IMG/VR virus record: IMGVR_UViG_3300045988_146550
Location: 1,207 to 33,206 of that record
Origin: a virus
Strand: one strand, 5' to 3'
Length of the DNA stretch: 32,000 nucleotides
Below, piece after piece: positions 15,038 to 20,670 of this stretch. Numbering within the stretch: the stretch's first letter is position 1; every line of letters begins with the position of its first letter. Under the pieces are notes generated by a model. The model made no database searches. It was not told the origin of the DNA and saw only the letters and a program-made list of their open reading frames with translations. Position numbers and translations under genes: made by a program.

Positions 15038-15439
15038 ATGGATGATAATATCGGTTTTAGAATAAATAAAGTTAGATCACAATTGAACTTAAGCATGGAA
15101 AAATTCGGCAATAAAATCGGTATTTCTAAAAGTTCTGTGAATAAATTAGAAAAAGGAATTAACCAGCCTTCAGAACAAACTATAAAATTAATTTGTAGTG
15201 TATATAACGTTGACTATGCATGGTTAACTCAAGGTGTTGGAGAAGATATTTTTATTTCCATTCCTGAATCAAAGATAGATCAAATCATGGAAGATTATGG
15301 CTTAACCGAAAAAGAGCGACCACTTGTTCGAGGATATTTGGAAGCGCCCGAAGAAGTCAGACAACAAGTTGCCGATTATTTAAATTCAATTGTCGAAAGA
15401 GAAATAGCAAGAAGAGAAAAAGAAAAGAACAACAAATAG
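15038..15439 (+). CDS. XRE/cI-type phage repressor (HTH_3) without a peptidase S24 domain
   Basis: Contains IGFRINKVRSQLNLSMEKFGNKIGISKSSVNKLEKGINQPSEQTIKLICSVYNVDYAWL. Only 133 aa, with a short acidic/basic helical C-terminus. Divergent from the early operon. Confidence 0.8.
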   Translation: MDDNIGFRINKVRSQLNLSMEKFGNKIGISKSSVNKLEKGINQPSEQTIKLICSVYNVDYAWLTQGVGEDIFISIPESKIDQIMEDYGLTEKERPLVRGYLEAPEEVRQQVADYLNSIVEREIARREKEKNNK

Positions 15440-15452
15440 GTTGTTCTTTTTT
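15424..15452 (+). terminator. Weak hairpin terminator/attenuator after the repressor gene
   Basis: AAAGAACAA (15424-15432), 8-nt loop, TTGTTCTTT (15441-15449), then TTT. The AT-rich stem overlaps the stop codon. Confidence 0.35.
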
Positions 15453-15525
15453 GGTTAGATTTATTGTATGATTAACATAGAAAATGGAAAGCGTTTACTT
15501 GGCGTAAACAAACGAGGGTTAAAAA

Positions 15526-16533
15526 ATGAAATTATTCAAAACTATTGGGATTTCTGTGCTTGCACTATCTATGTGTACAGGATGTACAAGCTACAAAGAA
15601 AGAGTTAAAGCTGATAACCAAATAGAGGAAATCACCGACAGAGAATCAGATGATTTAAAAGCTCAATCTTATGAGCTTGGTGATTTTACTATTTATTTAC
15701 CTAAATATTTTTCTAACACTAATGAAGAATCGGATGCATTATCTTTCAAAACATCTGATGAAAATTGCCAATATCCTATTTTATCAATTACAACAAATAG
15801 TGGAAATTTGACAGAAGATTCTGTAAAAGAGTTTATGAGTTATCAAGAAAATGACAACGACGGTTTTATAGAAGATGTTGACGATAGCTATGAAGTCAAA
15901 AATTTTCATACTAAAAATGGAAAAAGTTATTATTATTCTGAATTATCAGGCAATATGAACCTGGCAAAAGATGGAGAGGAAAATAACGATGCCGCAGATT
16001 TGTTCTATTATTTTATACCAAATAATAGAAGAACGTCTTACATGATTCTATTGATGATTCAACCAAAAGGGCATTTGAAGTACAATTATGAATCAGAATT
16101 TGACGAAATAGTTAGAAATATCAGTATTAATGATGAGGAAGATGAACAAAATAGTGAAAATGCAAGTTCTTCTTCAAGTAATTCATCTTCTTCAACAACT
16201 ACAACTACTCCAAGTACAAGTTCAAATGTATCAACTCCATCTCCAACAATGGGTGAAAAAAATGCGCTAGGATCTGCAAGAGAATATTTAAGCATTTCTG
16301 CATTCTCTTATTCAGGATTAATTCATCAACTAGAATATGAAGGTTACTCAACAGAAGAAGCCGCTTATGCAGCTGATAACTGCAACGCAAACTGGAACGA
16401 GCAGGCCGCTAAATCAGCAAAAGAATATTTAGACATATCGTCATTCTCTCGACAAGGATTAATAGATCAATTAATTTATGAAGGTTATACACAAGAACAA
16501 GCGGAATACGGTGCAACACAAAACGGGTATTAA
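15526..16533 (+). CDS. ltp: Ltp-family surface lipoprotein (superinfection exclusion) with an extra N-terminal domain
   Basis: Signal peptide plus Cys (VLALSMCTGC) and a Ser/Thr-rich linker (aa 213-240). Two C-terminal repeats, ALGSAREYLSISAFSYSGLIHQLEYEGYSTEEAAYAADN and AAKSAKEYLDISSFSRQGLIDQLIYEGYTQEQAEYGA, are typical of TP-J34 Ltp-type domains. Confidence 0.8.
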   Translation: MKLFKTIGISVLALSMCTGCTSYKERVKADNQIEEITDRESDDLKAQSYELGDFTIYLPKYFSNTNEESDALSFKTSDENCQYPILSITTNSGNLTEDSVKEFMSYQENDNDGFIEDVDDSYEVKNFHTKNGKSYYYSELSGNMNLAKDGEENNDAADLFYYFIPNNRRTSYMILLMIQPKGHLKYNYESEFDEIVRNISINDEEDEQNSENASSSSSNSSSSTTTTTPSTSSNVSTPSPTMGEKNALGSAREYLSISAFSYSGLIHQLEYEGYSTEEAAYAADNCNANWNEQAAKSAKEYLDISSFSRQGLIDQLIYEGYTQEQAEYGATQNGY

Positions 16534-16539
16534 AAGAAT

Positions 16540-16569
16540 AAGCTAGGGTAAATTCCCTAGCTTTTATTT
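16540..16569 (+). terminator. Rho-independent terminator of ltp
   Basis: AAGCTAGGG (16540-16548), loop taaatt, CCCTAGCTT (16555-16563), then TTATTT. Confidence 0.75.
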
Positions 16570-16706
16570 CCTCTTTGCCAACTACTTCATCAGACCAAAT
16601 TTTAGTCTTAATAGCATTCAAATCGTTCTGCAATTGAGATTCTCTTTTTTATTCAATTTAGTATTCTTCTTTTAAATTTGCGCGTAAATACCTATAGGTA
16701 TTAGTG

Positions 16707-16844
16707 TTATTCATTTTTAGATGATAACAGCAGTCTTTGTGCATGATTATATAGAATTTGCAAATCATCCACGTTAAGTTTTTCTGCTAGGATAATTAAT
16801 TTCGTTATCCATAAATCCCTTTCCATAAGATCATCCCTTTCCAT
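16707..16844 (-). CDS. Possible small ORF (45 aa, or 39 aa from a second ATG), not in track
   Basis: ATGGAAAGGGAT occurs twice in frame (ATGs at 16844 and 16826), and the first copy supplies an AAAGGGA SD for the second ATG. Followed by a 16-bp perfect palindrome AATACCTATAGGTATT (16687-16702). No homology recognised. Confidence 0.25.
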   Translation of the reverse strand: MERDDLMERDLWITKLIILAEKLNVDDLQILYNHAQRLLLSSKNE

Positions 16845-16993
16845 TCATTTTCTATGAATAAAAAGAAAAACGTTTTCCTTATTCTAATATAATAAGTCTT
16901 AAATTCTGTATGTCAATGTCTGTTTTGCATTAAATTGTACAAATATAATACTAAAAAGTGCAAGTGGTTATATATCACATTATCAGTATTGAA

Positions 16994-17010
16994 TTTTTTT
17001 CGGGGGGGGG
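16994..17010. repeat. Homopolymer pair T7-C-G9 in an intergenic region
   Basis: gaaTTTTTTTcGGGGGGGGGtagaattttt. A G9 run is conspicuous in DNA this AT-rich. GAATTTTT flanks it on both sides. Confidence 0.9.
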
Positions 17011-17180
17011 TAGAATTTTTAATGTACTTTTGGTTATATTATTAACTAATTTTGTTTTGTAAATATTTATTAATATTTTGCATTTTTCATTACTCTTTTT
17101 AAAATGTGATGTTATTATTCATGTGTACATGATAAATATTTTAGGCTTTTTTCTATTTCCTCAAGAAAAGATTAGCAGAG

Positions 17181-17231
17181 AATGAAAAACAGATAGTGGT
17201 GTTGAGCAGCATACACTATCTGTTTTTCATT
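17181..17231. terminator. Long perfect hairpin (18-bp stem, 15-nt loop), a bidirectional terminator candidate
   Basis: AATGAAAAACAGATAGTG (17181-17198) pairs with CACTATCTGTTTTTCATT (17214-17231). The right arm overlaps the last codons of the 57-aa ORF. Confidence 0.6.
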
Positions 17232-17389
17232 TTATATTCATTCATAACTTGTTTAATATCTTCACCAACTATATTCCAATCATTAGATAATGCTATATAG
17301 TCGTCATAAAACGATCCTGTTTTAATTTCAATTTTCGGAAATAAGTTTATACTTTTAATTCCTTTTATTACATAATCAATTATCTTCAT
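17216..17389 (-). CDS. Small protein (57 aa) immediately downstream of the PBECR-like gene, a candidate immunity/antitoxin partner, not in track
   Basis: SD AGAGGTG precedes the ATG at 17389, 15 nt after the upstream stop. Sequence MKIIDYVIKGIKSINLFPKIEIKTGSFYDDYIALSNDWNIVGEDIKQVMNEYKMKNR. Confidence 0.5.
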   Translation of the reverse strand: MKIIDYVIKGIKSINLFPKIEIKTGSFYDDYIALSNDWNIVGEDIKQVMNEYKMKNR

Positions 17390-17404
17390 ACACACCTCTA
17401 ACTA

Positions 17405-17773
17405 TTATAATTTATTTGTTTTTAATTTATTGTATTTAGTTTCATTTATTGGATAAATCGTTTTAATCTTTAATATTGGCCCTGAACTTATTCTAACTGC
17501 AACTAGTACATTGTCTTCCATTTTCTTAACAATTTGTAAGCTGTTATTCTTTTTGTCCTCCGATATAAAATCTGGATTAGAAACAATCAATGATAAATCT
17601 CTGAAAACAATATCTAAAAACAAAGGATCAGTAAAATCTTCTCTGTGTCTTTCTATATGATTTATTCTGTCATCATACAAAGCAATAGTTTTATCTTTAT
17701 ATGATTCATCTAATCCAAACGTTTCTATGTATTCATCTGTTATTTTATATAACATCTTTTTTGATTTATTCAT
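17405..17773 (-). CDS. PBECR-like (Barnase/EndoU/ColicinE5-D/RelE-like) predicted nuclease, stand-alone (122 aa)
   Basis: Start placed at the ATG at 17773, 7 nt after GGGAGA (the track uses an upstream TTG). The motif layout DDRINHIERHREDF...IVSNPDFISEDKKNNSLQIVKKMEDNVLVAVRIS...IKTIYPI resembles stand-alone PBECR domains. By eye only. Confidence 0.45.
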   Translation of the reverse strand: MNKSKKMLYKITDEYIETFGLDESYKDKTIALYDDRINHIERHREDFTDPLFLDIVFRDLSLIVSNPDFISEDKKNNSLQIVKKMEDNVLVAVRISSGPILKIKTIYPINETKYNKLKTNKL

Positions 17774-17799
17774 GATTATATCTCCCAAATATAAAGTAA

Positions 17800-17824
17800 A
17801 GGCCTTGTTGCATTAACAAGGCCT
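17800..17824 (-). terminator. Perfect 10-bp hairpin after the small membrane ORF
   Basis: AGGCCTTGTT, loop gcatt, AACAAGGCCT. It overlaps the ORF stop codon. The downstream tail on the minus strand is only moderately T-rich. Confidence 0.5.
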
Positions 17825-18041
17825 ACAATTTGTGTATATGGTGGGGCGATAGTTCCCACATCTCATCAGAATTTACATTCCTACCCTTGACACTTTCGTG
17901 CGCGATAGCCATCTTTCTATCCTCACATACACAATCAGAATGTTTTCTTTCAGCCAATAGACCTATCCAGTTCGAGGTGAACACAAACAACCCTACGGAA
18001 GCTATAAGCACTATGCATGCTGGAACACAATACTTAATCAT
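17823..18041 (-). CDS. Possible small membrane protein (72 aa) in a locally higher-GC islet
   Basis: N-terminal TM helix CVPACIVLIASVGLFVFTSNWIGLL. Weak SD. A hairpin follows directly. A mirror plus-strand ORF of the same length also exists, so coding status is uncertain. Confidence 0.35.
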   Translation of the reverse strand: MIKYCVPACIVLIASVGLFVFTSNWIGLLAERKHSDCVCEDRKMAIAHESVKGRNVNSDEMWELSPHHIHKL

Positions 18042-18186
18042 AGCTTAACAGAACCTAATCTGTGACAAACAAGATAGAGCAGCAAGCTTATCTTCATCCG
18101 TATATTACATTATTTGCTAGTGAATTTCAATCAAATTTCTCCTATTTTGTACTTTTTTGTAACATTGTGTAATCTAATATCACTTT

Positions 18187-19284
18187 TTATAACAACTTAT
18201 TCATCATATCTACAATACTCTTATCTTTTGTATCAAACCAGTGTGCATATGTATTGTGCAATGTTTCAACTGTATCTCCTAAGCGTTTGGCTATGTCAAA
18301 ATCTGAGAATCCAGCTCCTGCCATGTTATTAATTAGAAATGATGCGTGTGAATGTCTAAAATCATGAATTCTTATTTTAGGCAATCCATCATCTTTTTCT
18401 TTTGCCTTGTTATAAGCTTCATCAAATCTTCTTTGTACCGTCTGAGGTGATATTGGTTTATAGTATCCAAACACAAATTTATCTTTTGTGAAATCATCCC
18501 ATTTAGAACATTCTAGAAACCATTCACGAAGCATTTTAGACAAAGTATTAGGCATTGTGATAGTTCTATAGCTATTGTTTGTTTTTGGCGGTGTAAGCCA
18601 TTTATTAGGGTCTTTCTCTTTGTATCTATATGTTTTGTTGATGTCTATAGTTTGTTTTCTAAAATCAATGTCCTTCCATTGTAGGGCCATGGCTTCACCT
18701 TTTCGTAATCCCATATAGAATAAAACAGAATAAAAACATTTCATCATTTGTTCACCCACTTCTTCAATGAATAAATCAAAATCATATTGCTGCCATATTG
18801 TCATTTCTTCTTTTCTTTCATTAAGTCTTAGATCACGTTTCACATATGTCATTGGATTTGATTGGATGTATTCAGAAGTAACACCAAATTTATATAGCTT
18901 ATTTAAAAAGAAATATATTCTTGATACATATGCCTTTGAATATTTCTCATCAAATTTGTTGATCAAGTTTTGCATTTGCCTTTTATCTAAAAAATCAATA
19001 TCTTTCATTTCCTTAGAAAGAACATTGTACAAATATTCATCTGATTTTAAAGTTGATTCTTTTACGTACTTTTTGTTGTACTCCTTAAAAGCTTTATATA
19101 GTCTATCAAAATTCATATCTAATGGAAGCATAAAGAAATCTTTTCTGAATTCAACCTCAGCTTTCTGTGCTTCCCATTTAGAATCAAAACCACGCTTACG
19201 ATATCTCTTTATACATTTACCATCCTTATATATTTTTCCGGCAAACATATATTTTCCTGTCTTCTTATCTAATTCCACTGCCAT
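18187..19284 (-). CDS. int: Phage tyrosine integrase with an N-terminal arm-type DNA-binding domain
   Basis: N-terminus MAVELDKKTGKYMFAGKIYKDGKCIKRYRKRGFDSKWEAQKAE looks like an Arm-DBD. Catalytic residues present: YMGLRKGEA (R), IRIHDFRHSHASFLI (H-x-x-R), LHNTYAHW (Y). SD AGAGGG. Confidence 0.9.
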   Translation of the reverse strand: MAVELDKKTGKYMFAGKIYKDGKCIKRYRKRGFDSKWEAQKAEVEFRKDFFMLPLDMNFDRLYKAFKEYNKKYVKESTLKSDEYLYNVLSKEMKDIDFLDKRQMQNLINKFDEKYSKAYVSRIYFFLNKLYKFGVTSEYIQSNPMTYVKRDLRLNERKEEMTIWQQYDFDLFIEEVGEQMMKCFYSVLFYMGLRKGEAMALQWKDIDFRKQTIDINKTYRYKEKDPNKWLTPPKTNNSYRTITMPNTLSKMLREWFLECSKWDDFTKDKFVFGYYKPISPQTVQRRFDEAYNKAKEKDDGLPKIRIHDFRHSHASFLINNMAGAGFSDFDIAKRLGDTVETLHNTYAHWFDTKDKSIVDMMNKLL

Positions 19285-19306
19285 TTTTGTGCCCTCTTAT
19301 ATGTCC

Positions 19307-19335
19307 ATAATATGCAAAAAAGGGGTATAATTCAA
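19307..19335 (-). promoter_or_regulatory. Putative int promoter TTGAAT-N17-TATTAT
   Basis: On the minus strand, -35 is at 19335-19330 and -10 at 19312-19307. The inverted arm-type repeat GGGGTATA (19322-19329) lies inside the spacer. Confidence 0.45.
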
Positions 19336-19371
19336 TATTTTAATATCAAATTATACCCCAATATACCCCAA
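19322..19371. repeat. Arm-type integrase-binding repeat cluster
   Basis: TATACCCCAA is tandemly repeated (19352-19361 and 19362-19371), with an inverted copy GGGGTATA at 19322-19329. A further TACCCCAA lies at 19511-19518 on the other side of the core. Confidence 0.55.
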
Positions 19372-19372
19372 T

Positions 19373-19402
19373 GCAAATAAAAAAGCCTTTAAATAAAGGC
19401 TT
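19373..19402 (-). terminator. Rho-independent terminator directly after the tRNA-like att core
   Basis: AAGCCTTT (19383-19390), loop aaat, AAAGGCTT (19395-19402). On the minus strand it is followed by TTTTTTATTT. Confidence 0.7.
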
Positions 19403-19411
19403 AAATTTCAA

Positions 19412-19430
19412 TGGAGCAGATGAGGGGATT
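19412..19430 (-). other. att core: 19-nt copy of a tRNA 3' end (T-loop end, T-stem, acceptor strand, discriminator U, CCA)
   Basis: The minus strand reads AAT-CCCCT-CATCTGC-T-CCA, i.e. end of T-loop, 3' T-stem, 3' acceptor strand, discriminator, CCA. No D, anticodon or 5' acceptor arm upstream, so this is a fragment and not a gene. A 14-bp palindrome ATATCAATTGATAT lies at 19444-19457. Confidence 0.6.
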
Positions 19431-19547
19431 ATATAAATACCTCATATCAATTGATATTTGATGTTATTTACATCATTATCTACGTGTTTTGATAGCACTT
19501 TGTTGTTTTGTACCCCAAAATGTACCTCACTGCTTCACGCAAGAAAG

Positions 19548-19576
19548 ATAATACAGTATAAACCATATTATGTCAA
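19548..19576 (-). promoter_or_regulatory. Promoter TTGACA-N17-TATTAT just downstream of the endolysin gene, reading into the att core
   Basis: On the minus strand, -35 TTGACA is at 19576-19571 and -10 TATTAT at 19553-19548. Confidence 0.5.
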
Positions 19577-19604
19577 ACATTTTTTTGCTTTTTTATTTTA
19601 TTTT

Positions 19605-20366
19605 TTATTGAACCTCAATCAATGGGCCACAGTTTACCCAAACTCCGCCAATCTTTGCGAGATCATTTTTCACATTGACTTCATCAACACGAATTCTAGT
19701 AACGTAGACAATCGCATTTGTGGTATGCAATACATTGTCATTGTATCCATCAGAATTACGCACCTTGTCAACTAAGCTGATTGGAAACCAACCGCCTAAT
19801 TGAGCTAAATATGCACACAAATCACCATTGATTTGTTTCAAACCTTCATCTCCAATTTTCATCTGAACGGATGTCACATAACTACCTGCATGCAAGATCT
19901 GGTCAATCGCTTCTGCATGTTGTGGAATACTTGGTTTAGCTGCTCCTGTATTTGCGAAACATTTAGGTCTGAATGCAGTATCGAATGTAGCATAATAAGG
20001 CAATTTACAAAGTGTAAACGCTCCATTCTTACCCCCTTGGTTCTGACCTAAAAACCAACCGAACTTACCATCAATGTCTGAATCGAAAATTGCAATGTGT
20101 GAATACGGTGTCCATCCTGCTACTTCCTTGAATACTGCAATGTCACCAGGCTGCATAACGTTTACTTCATTACAATAATTTAAGATACCGTTAGTCTTAC
20201 GATTGTTCCAAATATCCTTAACAAAGTTACTTGTCGTACAATGAATTGCTTTATATCCTAAATCAATCATGTACTTCATAGTACCATCCCAGCATTGAGC
20301 ACCATAATATCCGTCAATGTCATAGGTTTTTCCGATTACTTTTTCTTTAAAATCATTATAATTCAT
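19605..20366 (-). CDS. Endolysin: N-terminal CHAP peptidase/amidase plus C-terminal cell-wall-binding region
   Basis: Contains YGAQCWDG (catalytic Cys) and GDIAVF...YSHIAIF (His). Immediately follows the holin, with SD GAGGAAGAG. Confidence 0.85.
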   Translation of the reverse strand: MNYNDFKEKVIGKTYDIDGYYGAQCWDGTMKYMIDLGYKAIHCTTSNFVKDIWNNRKTNGILNYCNEVNVMQPGDIAVFKEVAGWTPYSHIAIFDSDIDGKFGWFLGQNQGGKNGAFTLCKLPYYATFDTAFRPKCFANTGAAKPSIPQHAEAIDQILHAGSYVTSVQMKIGDEGLKQINGDLCAYLAQLGGWFPISLVDKVRNSDGYNDNVLHTTNAIVYVTRIRVDEVNVKNDLAKIGGVWVNCGPLIEVQ

Positions 20367-20591
20367 TTACTCTTCCTCTGGTACACTAATTTCAGGTAAT
20401 CCGCCAATACTAGTCAATAACGAAACAATACCTGACAAAACAGCTGACGAAATTACAACTCGCCAATCAACGGCTTCCAATAATGCAGATGCTCCAATAA
20501 CACCAACAGCAGTTTGAGCAATCGTCTTTAATGCTCTAATACTTGCATAATAGCCATATTGAATCCACCATTCTTTACTATATTTTTTCAT
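20367..20591 (-). CDS. Holin (74 aa, r1t / phi-LC3-like)
   Basis: Contains ASIRALKTIAQTAVGVIGA...DWRVVISSAVLSGIVSLLTSIGG with an acidic C-terminus. GGAGG lies 9 nt upstream. The gene abuts the endolysin gene. Confidence 0.75.
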   Translation of the reverse strand: MKKYSKEWWIQYGYYASIRALKTIAQTAVGVIGASALLEAVDWRVVISSAVLSGIVSLLTSIGGLPEISVPEEE

Positions 20592-20630
20592 TTACAAATA
20601 CCTCCTATCCTAATAATAGTATTTAAATCG

Positions 20631-20647
20631 TTTGTACACTGTACAAA
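20631..20647. promoter_or_regulatory. 17-bp palindrome TTTGTACA-C-TGTACAAA upstream of the holin gene
   Basis: Perfect 8-bp arms with a 1-nt centre, which cannot form a normal hairpin, so it is more likely a dimeric protein-binding site. Lies in the 79-bp gap before the holin. Confidence 0.3.
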
Positions 20648-20670
20648 ATAAAAGACCGTGTTTAACGGCC

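Noticed and set aside
16409-16633. 74-aa minus-strand ORF downstream of ltp.
   Set aside because: It has a TTG start and no SD. It runs straight through the ltp terminator hairpin and antisense into ltp.
17826-18110. Higher-GC islet examined for a tRNA, tmRNA or T-loop-like element (for example GTTCGAGG at about 17970).
   Set aside because: No flanking complementary stems giving a T-arm or acceptor stem on either strand. Only the compositional anomaly is reported.
18767-19330. 187-aa plus-strand ORF, with similar long antisense ORFs at 14523-14891, 9687-10191, 10760-11068, 13628-13849, 19458-20051, 23105-23344, 23678-23908, 28525-28746 and 29579-30313.
   Set aside because: These are shadow ORFs on the strand opposite well-supported genes (integrase, recombinase, Tal and others). 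They have F/L/I/S-rich junk-like composition, often non-ATG starts, and no SD.
19412-19430. Possible tRNA gene on the minus strand.
   Set aside because: Only the last 19 nt (end of T-loop to CCA) are tRNA-like. The upstream sequence has no T-stem 5' strand, no anticodon or D arm, and no matching GCAGATG acceptor strand at tRNA distance. I treat it as an att core fragment.
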